64,000 nt of DNA from NCBI RefSeq assembly GCF_004010195.1, contig NC_057718.1:17337875-17401874 (forward strand), in the 5' to 3' direction. The notes beneath the pieces were generated by a model, which was not told the DNA's origin, searched no databases, and was given only the letters and a program-made list of their open reading frames with translations. Position 1 is the first letter of the stretch. Each line of letters opens with the position of its first letter. Positions 49,947-60,989 of this stretch are shown piece by piece. The position numbers were made by a program, and so were the translations under genes. Source of the stretch: Chiloscyllium plagiosum. Taxonomy: Eukaryota.

Positions 49947-51650
49947 TAGAGTTATAGAATCATAGAGATGTATAGCATGGGAACAGACCCTTTGGTCCAA
50001 CTCATCCATGCTGACCAGATATCCCAACCCAATCTAGTCCTACCTGCCAGCACCCGGCCCATATCCCTCCAAACCCTTTCTGTTCATATACACATCCAGA
50101 TGCCTTTTAAATGTTGCAATTGTACTAGCCTCCACTACTTCCTCTGGCAGCCCACGCACACACATTACCCTCTGTGTGAAAAAGTTGCCCCTTAGGTCTC
50201 TTTTATACCTTTCCCCTCTCACCCTAAATCTATGTCCTGTAGTTCTGGAATTGCCAACCCCAGGGAAAAGACCTTGTCTATTCACCCTATCCATGCCCCT
50301 CATGATTTTATAAACCTCTATAAGATCACCCCTCAGCCTCCAACGCTCCAGGGAAAACAGCCCAGCCTATTCAATCTCTCCAACCCTGGCAACATCCTTG
50401 TAAATCTTCAACATCCTTTCAATAGGAAGGCCTGTACAGCCACAACATGACCTCCCAACTCCTATACTTAATACTCTGACCAATAAAGGAAAGCGTACCA
50501 AATGCTTTCTTCACTATCCTATCTCCCTGTGACTCTAATTTAAAGAGCTGTGAACATGCCCTCCAAGATCTTTGTTCAGCAACACCCCCTAGGATCTTGC
50601 CATTAAATGTATAAGTCCTACTCAGATTTGCTTTCCCAAAATGCAGCACCTCACATTTATCTAAATTAAACTCTATCTGCCACTTCTCAGGCCACTGGCC
50701 CAACTGATCAAGATCCCGTTGTAATCTGGGGTAAACTTCTTCGCTGTCCATTACACCTCCAATTTTGGTGTCATCTGCAAACTTACTAACTATACCTCTT
50801 ATGCGCACATCCAAATTGTTTGTGTAAATGAAGAAAAGTAATGGACCCAGCACCAATTCTTGTGGCACTCCACTGGTCACAGGTCTCCAGTCTGAAAAAC
50901 AACCCTCCACCACCACCCTCTGTTTTCTTCCTTTGAGCCAGTTCTGTATCCAAATGGCTAGTTTTTCCTCTATTCCGTGAGATCTAACCTTGCTAACCAG
51001 ACTCCCATTTGGAACCTTGTTGAATGCCTTACTGAAGTCCATATAGATCACGTCTACCACTCTGCCCTCATGAATCCTCTTTGTTACTACTTCAAAAAAC
51101 TCAATCAAGTTTGTGGGATGTGATTTCTTATACGCAAGGCCATATTGACTGTCCCTAATCAGTCTTTGCCTTTCCAAATGCATGTACATCCTGCCCCTCA
51201 GGATTCCCTGCAACAACTTGCCCACCATCAATGTCAGGCTCACTGGTCTATAGTTCCCTGGCTTTCCTTACCACCTTTCTTAAATAGTGGCACCATGTTA
51301 GCCAATCTCCAGTCTTCTGGCACTTCACCTGTGCCTATTGATACAGATATGTTAGCAAGAGGCCCAGCAATCACTTCCCTAGCTTTCCACAGAGTTCTAT
51401 GATACACCTGATCAGGTCCTGGGGATTTATTCACTTTTATGCAGTTCAAGACATCCAGCACTTCCCCCTGTGTAATATGGATATTCTTCGAGATGTCACC
51501 ATCTATTTCCCTACATTCTATATCTTCCGTGTCCTTTTCCACAGGAAACACTGATGCAAAATTTGCATTTAGTATCTCTCTCATCCCCTGTGGCTCCACA
51601 CAAAGGCCGCCTTGCTGATCTTTGAGGGGCCCTGTTCTCTCCCTAGTTAC
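49947..51650 (-). mobile_element. CR1 (HER1-like) LINE RT/3' portion; continues at about 53245-53330
   Basis: 274-aa minus ORF with MDFSKAFNKVP, SGVPQ and KFADDTK. Confidence 0.95.
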
Positions 51651-53248
51651 CATAGAACATAGAAAAATACAGCGCAGTACAGGCCCTTCGGCCCTCGATG
51701 TTGCGCTGATCCAAGCCCACCTAACCTACACTAGCCCACTATCCTCCATATGCCTATCCAATGCCCGTTTAAATGCCCATAAAGAGGGAGAGTCCACCAC
51801 TGCTACTGGCAGGGCATTCCATGAACTCACGACTCGCTGAGTAAAGAATCTACCCCTAACATCTGTCCTATACCTACCACCTCTTAATTTAAAACTATGC
51901 CCTCTCGTAATAGCTGACTCCATACGTGGAAAAAGGTTCTCATGGTCAACCCTATCTAAACCCCTAATCATCTTGTACACCTCTAGCAAGTCACCCCTAA
52001 ACTTTCTTTTCTCCAATGAAAACAGCCCCAAGTGCCTCAGCCTTTCCTCATACGATCTTCCTACCATACCAGGCAGCATCCTGGTAAACCTCCTCTGCAC
52101 CAGTTCCAGTGCCTCACATCCTTCCTATAGTATGGCGACCAAAACTGCACACAATACTCCAGATGAAGCCTCACCAGAGTCTTATACAACTGCAACATGA
52201 CCTCAGGTCTCCGGAACTCAATTCCTCTACCAGTCAAAGCCAGTACGCCATATGCCGCCTTCACCGCACTAATTACTTGGGTGGCAACTTTCAGAGATCT
52301 GTGTATATGGACACCAAGATCCCTCTGCTCATCCACGCTACCAAGTATCCGACCATTAGCCCAGTACCCCATCTTTTTGTTACTCATACCAAAGTGAATC
52401 ACCTCACACTGAACTCCATTTGCCACCTTTCTGCCCAGTTCTGCAGCTTATCTATATCCCGCTGTAACCTGNNNNNNNNNNNNNNNNNNNNNNNNNNNNN
52501 NNNNNNNNNNNNNNNNNNNNNNNNNNNNNNNNNNNNNNNNNNNNNNNNNNNNNNNNNNNNNNNNNNNNNNNNNNNNNNNNNNNNNNNNNNNNNNNNNNNN
52601 NNNNNNNNNNNNNNNNNNNNNNNNNNNNNNNNNNNNNNNNNNNNNNNNNNNNNNNNNNNNNNNNNNNNNNNNNNNNNNNNNNNNNNNNNNNNNNNNNNNN
52701 NNNNNNNNNNNNNNNNNNNNNNNNNNNNNNNNNNNNNNNNNNNNNNNNNNNNNNNNNNNNNNNNNNNNNNNNNNNNNNNNNNNNNNNNNNNNNNTCCTGT
52801 AGACAACGAGGACATAACAATCAAGGCCAATGGCTCTGCAATCTCGTCCCTTGCTTCCCAGAGAATCCTAGGATAAATGCCATCAGGCCCAGGTGACTTA
52901 TCTATTTTCACCCTTTCCAGAATTTCCAACACCTCTTCCCTACATACCTCAAAGCCGTCCATTCTAATTAATTGTGACTCAGTATTCACATTGGCAACAA
53001 TGTCCTGTTCCTGAGTGAATTCTGACGAAAAATATTCATTCAGTGTCTCCCCAATCTCTTCAGCCTCCACACGCAACTTCCCACTACTATCTTTGAGTGG
53101 ACCTATTCCTACCCTAGTCATTCTTTTATTCCTGACATACCTATAGAAAGCCTTGGGTTTTCCCTAATCCTACCAACTAAGGACTTTTCATGTCCCCTCC
53201 TTGCTGCTCTTTGCTCTCTCTTCAGATCCTTCCTGGCTACCTTATAAC
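51651..53248 (-). mobile_element. Different CR1 subfamily nested in the previous copy; contains a gap
   Basis: It has its own 3' tail (CATAGAACATAGAA) and ORFs KSPGPDGIYPRIL and LVRLHLEYCVQFWSP. The host sequence CTAGTTACC|CTTTTGTC resumes after it. Confidence 0.92.
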
Positions 53249-54485
53249 CCTTTTGTCATTAATGTATTTGTAAAAATCCTTTGGATTCTCTTTTACTCTG
53301 TGCCAAAACTATCTCATGTCCCCTTTTTTGACTTTATTTGATGACCCATTTTGAAGCAAATAGTGAAAAATGAGGCAAATCAGTCAGTAGCATGAGTTTT
53401 TGTTTTCATTAGCTGAGCTGTGTTACCCATCCATCGTAGAACCTATGAAATTTCAATTTTAATGATTTGATTGAGTAAAAATTGATGGGTCTATGTAACC
53501 TGCTCCACCAACTCAAATTGTGCTCCTTAAGATACATTTGAAGATATTTTCGTTTGGAGAAAGTGCAAGTTCTTGTCTGAGTGCAACTGCTGTTACTGCA
53601 AAACGTTAACACATTTACATTGGTTGATTATGTACTACTAAGTCAATCTTAGAAAATGAAATCTGTCTATAAATATCCTAAAGTTATACTCATATGGCAT
53701 CATTGTTTTGTAGGAATAATGCTGTCCTTCTACTCTGTGATATTCAGTAATAAGTGGCAGATTTCTTTGTGCTTTCTAGTGATATCATTGCAATTGCATA
53801 ACTATAGTTGGTTTGTTTTGTTTCATTTTGTGACTTGCGAATGGTGGAATAAATGGTTATGGCGCAAATCAGTTTTGTGGAGAGATCAGAAAAATTGGAT
53901 TGCTGTTCATGAAACAGATTGAGGGGACAAAGGAAGACATCTGTGAAGCATGCTGTGGAAGGTGCCATCAACTGAAAAGATGTAATGGAGATGGAGAAAA
54001 TGCCAAATCCTCAACAGAGGCATCTTTTTCTGACATCTACTCTGATGGGAGGATATAGAACTAGGGCTCTCTATTTAAATATTAAGGGTCACCAATTCAA
54101 GACAAATGAAAATAATTTTTTTTCACTGTGGGGCCTGGCTTTCTAACTCTCTTCCTCAAAATGCAGTAGATGCAGAAGCTTTGAATTGCTTTTAAGGCAG
54201 AGGTAGCTAGATTCTTGGTAAGTAGAAGAGTCACAGCTTATCAGCGAAAACAAGAACATGGGGGTGAAGTTAAAATCAAATCAATCAAAGCTGCCTTGAA
54301 AAGCCAAATGGTCTATTCCTAGGAATGTAAGAACAGGTGTAGGCTATTAAGTCTGTTGAGCCTGCAGTTCCATTCAGTATGATCATGGCTGGTCAGACTC
54401 TTCAATGTCTTTCATCGAGTCCGAACTCCACAACTCTGTACACCATTGATAGTCAGAATTCTCATCAATCTCTCCCTTAAACATA

Positions 54486-54652
54486 TAGGTCATTCTGCTA
54501 TAACATGAATTCGCTGTATGCGATTGACGAATTGGGGATACTGTTTCTGAAGTGTGAACTTTTGAAAGATGCATTGGCTGTAATGCGATTACATTATAGA
54601 AAATGCAGGATTGTACAAGAACGCAACCATTGCGTTATAGAAGAGCTACCTA
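54486..54652. mobile_element. 167-bp MITE with TA target duplication, inside an old minus-strand CR1 tail (about 54325-54750)
   Basis: TA|TAGGTCATTCTGCTATAAC ... GTTATAGAAGAGCTACCTA|TA; the TIRs match at 15/19. Confidence 0.7.
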
Positions 54653-54749
54653 TAGTTAAGGACTGAACTTCCACGGCCCACTGTGGTAGCTGATTTACAA
54701 ATGTTTACGACCCTTTTTGAATAAAAAGCATTCTCCTCATCTCAGACTT

Positions 54750-54846
54750 AAGTTAAAAATCACACAACACCAGATTATAGTCCAAAGATAGTACCTCGCA
54801 TTAAACCTGTTGGATTGTAATCTGATGTTTGATTTTTTAACTTTGT
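54750..54846. mobile_element. Decayed fold-back Penelope-like family B remnant
   Basis: AAGTTAAAAATCACACAACACCAGATTATAGTCCAA ... TTGGATTGTAATCTGATGTTTGATTTTTTAACTT. Confidence 0.7.
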
Positions 54847-55605
54847 CAAAATTTGAAGATGAGGGGCCTGAAAGGCAGGTCAGTACTGTTAAAATGTCAG
54901 CGTATCGCAGCGTGTTGCCCAGTAGAATATTTTATAGGGCTTGGAGTTCACCAATTGTTGGAACTCTTGCAGACTTTCATTACTTTATTTACTTAATCAA
55001 GTTTGGTTTGAAGCTGTGAATTGAGAGCTGAAAGGTGACCTATGGACTGTGAGTACCTACTTGCTTTAAAAAAAAGCAAACTAACACAATGTTTTGAGCC
55101 CAGGCCTGGATGTTAATTGTAGACAGGTTATAGACCAAAGGATTCAACTGACTCTTTGATAAGAGAGAAAGTAGTACGCGTAACCGATTGACGTTGGCCA
55201 TTAACAAAGTCAGTATCAGCAAATCTGGGAGGGAATATGATGGTCAAACAGTTCACAGAACTTGAATGGTTTTGGACTGTTTCTGAGAGGAGGAGTTTGG
55301 CTGTTGATGCTACAGGATGAAGATTTGTAAGCTCCCTACTAAACCTCCCACTTTCAGCCATCGGAAATCCGTAATAGAAACTAAGTTATTAGTTTCAATG
55401 ACTTCCATGGAGTGAACGGAAAAGGTGCACTAATTGTTTCTTGGTTGATTTTCTGAAGATGCTAATCCGATATGCTTCTGGATCAATGCACCATGAAAAC
55501 TGTTTAAATAAACTGGCCAGTTTTGTAGTTTTCATTTTTTAAAAAGATTATCCCTTAATTGTGTTTTTGTTTGTTTGCCTGTCTTTTGTGTGAGTGGGGT
55601 TGAAA

Positions 55606-55842
55606 GCTATCACCTCCATCCCCACCCCCATTCACCTATTGTACTCTATGCTACTTTCTCCCCACCCCTACCCACCATTTATCTCTCCATCCTGGAGGCT
55701 CCCTGTCTCCCTTCCTGATGGAGGGCTTTTGCCCGAAACGTCGATTTTCCTCCTCCTCGGATGCTGCCTGACCTGCTGTGCTTTTCCAGCACCACTCTAA
55801 TCTAGACTCTGGTTTCCAGCATCTGCAGTCCTTGTTTTTACC
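55606..55842 (+). mobile_element. Penelope-like family A 3' end with hammerhead variant CUGAUGG
   Basis: TTCCTGATGGAGGGCTTTTGCCCGAAACGTCGATT at about 55712-55746, then the family tail. Confidence 0.85.
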
Positions 55843-55858
55843 AGCTTGATAACAAAGG

Positions 55859-56015
55859 TTCTGGATTAGTGGTGCTGGAAGAGCACAGCAGTTCAGGCAG
55901 CATCCAAGGAGATTTCGAAGCTCCTTGGATGCTGCCTGAACTGCTGTGCTCTTCCAGCACCACTAATCCAGAATCTGGTTTCCAGCATCTGCAGTCATTG
56001 TTTTTACCTCGTTGA
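55859..56015. mobile_element. Miniature fold-back Penelope-like element, family A
   Basis: Perfect 53-bp arms 55859-55911 / 55921-55973, 9-nt loop, 42-nt tail, TSD TGATAACAAAGG at 55847-55858 and 56016-56027. Confidence 0.92.
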
Positions 56016-56221
56016 TGATAACAAAGGATGTTTGGTTTAAAGCTGACATTAATTAGATTAACTTTGTTTTTACATTCACTCTACTAAAATTACTCTGTCT
56101 TGTTAATAAATTAAATCTTTTGTTTGAGCTATAATGCGGTCTCCATGTTAGATTATACAAACAGTTGTGGATTGATCAGATCAAAAAAAATCTAGTTAGG
56201 AACTACTGAGGTCAGCTTGAG

Positions 56222-56350
56222 TAAAACGAAGAACTACGGATGCTGGATATCGGAAACAAAAACAAAAATTGCTGACTAAACTCAGCAAGTCGGGCAGCAT
56301 CTGTGGGAAGAAAGCAGAGTTAGCACTTCCATTCTGGTGACTCTTCAGAA
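56222..56350 (-). mobile_element. Penelope-like family C 3' terminus, decayed
   Basis: GATGCTGGATATCGGAAAC...GGCAGCATCTGTGGGAAGAAAGCAGAGTTA...CTCTTCAGAA. Confidence 0.6.
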
Positions 56351-56577
56351 TGTGTCAATCTGAAGGTCTTTGAAAGTTTTAATTCTACTGTATTGCAAAT
56401 ACAGAAGTAGAGAAGGTGATTTAATTTGGTTGTGTACCATGTGTAGAAAGGTGGGCAGGCTGAGCCTGAGAGTTCAGTTATGTCATACATAGTGGAGAGT
56501 TCAACACTGGGTATTAACATAAACATTCATTAAAGAGTGAACATAAAAATACATCATTTGTTTTGCAACTAAGAAAT

Positions 56578-56792
56578 GCTTGTAAAGTCACCATGGTCCC
56601 AGAAGATCACCGGCTGCTCTCTTATTAGAAAGAAACAACTGGTGAGGATTTAACCTGAGGCTCAACACATCCTGGGAGAAGTTGAGAAGGAGAGTGCTTC
56701 ATGGTAACCCCAACCAGCATGGGAAATGAACCCACCCTTTTAGTGTAAATCTGCATTGCAAACCAGCTGCCCAGCCAACTGAACTAACTGAA
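56578..56792 (-). mobile_element. tRNA-derived SINE
   Basis: Minus strand has an A-box-like TAGTTCAGTTGG and a B-box-like GGGTTCATTTCCC. Confidence 0.55.
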
Positions 56793-58674
56793 CACCTCAA
56801 TCTGCATGTAACCATCAATGAGGAGTGCCAGTCCATTTATCTCTAAGATAGTCTCAACAAATACCAATTGGTTTCGCTTTGTGTACACATGATATAATGT
56901 GAAATATTTACAAATGCAGGGCCTTCCTTTCCATTGTGTTGAGGGTGTTCCCTTTTTTTACTTTCGGTTTAGGGTTGGTGCTACTGTCTGTCTGATGGGC
57001 CTGCTGGGTTTCTTCTGTAAGTCCGTTGTCTTTCAGGGTGGATTCCGGTGCTGTTAGGAAGCCCTTTTTCTTTTATCCGTGTCCCTGTGTTTGAGGTTTA
57101 TCCCTCAGACTAGGACAGCTTTATCCGTGTCTGCTAGTGGTCGGTCAGACAGGTTCTTTATCTAAGCCTCTGAATTGTCTGTGTGTTGCTGTGTGTGAGC
57201 TTGGCTAGTTTTTCTTGTAGGGTTAGTTTTGTCTTTGTTGTGGCCTGCTGTTGTTTAGTGTTGATCGCTCGTTCTAGTGTACTTATCCATTCATGGTCAA
57301 TTGTGTTTAGTGTACAGAGTTTTCTTTGGTGCGGAATTTCTCATTTGTATTTGTGGAGTTGGTTTGGGCATCACTTATAATTTTTCGTGGCATTTTGCAC
57401 CTGTTCTGTTCTGTTGTTCTCTCGGCTTGTGGGGTATCTGTTTCCTGAGGCATTCGTGTTGGTTGTTGGCGGGAGTTGCTCAGGCGGATGGCAATGGTTT
57501 CCTATCTTCAGGCTGATTTGAGCCTAATGTGCCCATTGGTGTTAGTTTTGATTTATTATTGTCCATCTGTAAAGATACGGGAAAAGTATTGTTTTGTTTG
57601 CTAACCAGACAAATCATACCTACATAACTACAACAGAATGTAGAATATAATGTTATAAATACAGATAGGGTGCAGAGAAAAATCAGTTTTAATGTCTGTA
57701 TGTATAATATCAGTGGGGAAGAAGTTGTTCTTGTATCTGTTGGCACATGTTTTTGATGTAGTTGCAAGTACCATAATTGTTGCAATTTCTTCAGTTTCAG
57801 GAATGTTTTAACTTAGTTATATTATGCAATGCAAAATTATTTAATAATTATCTTTCAATAAAATACTTATTTCTTCTGCAATAATTTTTCTTATGATGAA
57901 ATGCTCTATATCAAATTTTATCAAATTTTATTTGATATAAAAAAACTATGGCAATAGATTGAGTACTCCTCAGTAACTATGTACACAGAGTTTGGTAGTT
58001 TATTTTGATTTCTGTCTCAAGTATAGATTTTTAAATTTTATCTTTTCGGAGAATTTATATGACATTTGATGCCATCTCCTGAAAAGGTCAGACATATAAG
58101 AGTTGTTCTTTCCACCTGTTTAAATTTTCAAGTGAATATGATTTGTGGGACAGTTCTGCCCTTGGGTAATTTGTTTTCATAACAGATTGTGTCACATTGA
58201 TTTGATTTTTGCCTGTAAATGCCACTTTGCCTGAAGTGTATGATGCTATTGAAAAAATATTATATATGTCTCACCATTCACTTGACCACTCCAATGAGAG
58301 TTTTTGTTCAGTTTTAGATTTTATGAGCGGATATTTGTCTTGTATATGGAAGTATAGTTGTCTCTTTTAACAGGATTTCATGCAGACAATCTCAAACGTG
58401 AGTGCTTTTCACCAGATTTAACTCTAACCCAAGTTCTCTGCTATGTCTTTTATATATTTTTGTATTCTTCCTTATAAATCAGTTTCCTAATTTCTTTTTG
58501 CATTGCTATTGTGAATGAAGCTGTCATATCTATAAAGACAGAATTGGAACAGTCAATCTCATGCTAAATCTGAGAAATTTGGAGCTTACTTTTTTTCTCA
58601 TATTTAGTATGGTATTAGCTACTTTAATTCTGATATCATGCGCAAGGAGCTAAAAGTTGCCTGAATTTATAGAA

Positions 58675-59320
58675 CAGAAAGCCAAATGCTGGAAATCAGA
58701 AACATAATCTAAAATTGCAGGAAAAACTCTGCAGGTCTGACAGCATCTGCGGAGAGAAAGCAGAGTTAATGTTTCTGGTCCAGTGACCCTTCAGAACTGA
58801 TTGTAGCCAGGAAAAGGTTGGTGTATGTGCTAGAGAAGGGGTGTGGGGATGGGGAAAGTGTAAATGATAGGTGGAGATGGAGCTTAGGGAGAGAGAGAGG
58901 GTAAAAAACGGTTGGGCAGACAGATGAGTAGGTAAAAGTCAGCTTGGAGAATGAATAGCTGCTAATGGGGATCATTAGTGGCTGACGATAGCTTGTTTGT
59001 GGTAACAGCCCATGTGAGTCAAAGTCTGGTATGTGTGGATTGGGGTAAGGACATAGGAGAAGGTGCTCAGGCCCTAAAGTTATTCAGCTAATATTGAATT
59101 TAGAAGGTTGTAGGGTTCCCAAGTGGAAAATGAGATGTTCTTCCAGCTTGCACTGAGCTTTGCTGGAGTACTGCAGCAAGTCCGAGTCAGAGATGTTTAT
59201 TGGGGAACAAGATAGTAATGGCTGGCAACTGGAAGCTCAGTCATTTTTGCGAACAGGACGTAGGTGTTCCGCAGAGTGGTCACCCAGATTGCATTTCATC
59301 TCCCTAATGTAGAGGAGACC
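58675..59320 (-). mobile_element. Penelope-like family C 3' portion: endonuclease C-terminus, 3' UTR, decayed hammerhead
   Basis: Minus translation of about 59090-59160 gives AQCKLEEHLIFHLGTLQPSKFNI; hammerhead remnant GTTCTGAAGGGTCACTGGACCAGAAACATTAAC. Confidence 0.75.
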
Positions 59321-60570
59321 ACCTAATTTATAGAAGTTGTGGTCAGTATAACTTACAAGATCTGCATGTGTCTAAAGAAGTAGGCAATCTATTTGTTTTA
59401 TGTAGAATCTTGTGTGATTTTCCCACTTATACTTTTGGCCGACAGGTAAAGCCAACATCAAATTCGAATGAAGTTTTAACAAACAAAAAGGATTGTTTTA
59501 TGTGATAAAAGCATTAGCTGAAATAAACTGAGGAAAGCTCTCTGTGTACTTATATGATGCTTTAAATTGCCCCAATTATCGGCACATGCTGCTGTAAATT
59601 GGAAGTGAATTTGCCAAATCTGTATCCACTACTAAGCCTGTATAAGTACTTTTGGCTTGCAGCATATTTTGTGATCCTTTGCTTCTCACTACATAAGACT
59701 GTGAATGGTGTGTAGTGTAGTGACTTTTAATTAGGCATTCTGTGGACTCTTCTGTTTAAATTTAAAAAAAATTAACTGCTGCCAACATTATGAAATGTTT
59801 CTGTGAAAAAATAAATTTGTTTCTTTGAATATTTTAGTTTTGTTTCTTTTTCAAGTCACTTAGCTGGTGCCACTGTCTATTCAATGTGGTTTGCAATTAA
59901 ACTTTGACCTTCAGTGGTTCCTAGAACAGAGATTATCTTAAATTGGTTGTTAATGAAGCTATTGGTGCACTCAGAATTATTCAGCAAGTACTTTTCAATC
60001 ATGGAATAACATTGAACAGTTTTTAAAAAATATCTTGTTTTTGACTTAGCAAGCGTGGGCTAGTTGGTTATGTCTGTACAGTGCCCATTATGAACTGTCA
60101 GAGGAATATTTTGTTCAATTTGATTCATCAATTAAATTTTGAGTATTTTTGAAAAGGGAGATGTTGCTGAACCTTTCTACCTTTCACTTATCAGAACGAA
60201 TGCAAGAATGCCAAATTCCATATGATCATGACAAATTACATTACAGGAAAAGAAAGCAGAGATCAGTCAGGCATTGTTGTTGAGAAGGCAAATGGTAACT
60301 ATAGCCATTTTTGACCTGAAAAGTTCTCATCTTTCCTCTAATTACCCTGGAAAGGATCAAGGCCTGTAAAAATTTCAATACAAGTGCAATGTCGGATATG
60401 TCCTCTATAAATCCTAATGATTGGCTGATTAAATCAAACATGTTTCTCTGGCCGTTCATAATGGGCAGGTTACAGACTGTACTTAACTAACCCATGCTTG
60501 CAAAACCCAAAATAAAACTTGTAGCGTTAAATGTGAGCCTAAGATTGGGCTACTACTTTCTTCATATAAT

Positions 60571-60799
60571 CAAGAATGGGGTGCTGGAAAAGCACAGCAG
60601 GTCAGGCAGCATCGGAGGAGCGGGAGAATCGAGGTTTCGGGCATAAGTCCTTCATCAGGAATGAGCCTCAGAAATGATGAAGGGCTTATGCCCGAAACCT
60701 CGATTCTCCAGCTCCTTGGATGCTGCCTGACCTGTTGTACTTTTCCAGCACCCCATCTCTACTCTGATCTCCAGCATCTGTAGTCCTCAGTTTCTCCTC
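60571..60799. mobile_element. Fold-back Penelope-like family A element with two opposed hammerhead remnants
   Basis: About 80-bp inverted arms; approximate TSD CTTTCTTCATATAAT (60556-60570) / CTTTCTCCACATAAT (60800-60814). Confidence 0.85.
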
Positions 60800-60989
60800 C
60801 TTTCTCCACATAATGTCTGGGCTAATCAGAGCCACATTTTCAAACAACCAGTGTACTCCTGGGGCATAAATTGTCATTAAAGTTTTGTATTCTTAAGTAT
60901 CATTACTGAGCCCAAAATGAAATGCTTCATAATGTTGCTTTTTTGTGAGCTATATTCTGACTGTTTCAAGTCCAAGCTCTTGCAACCTG

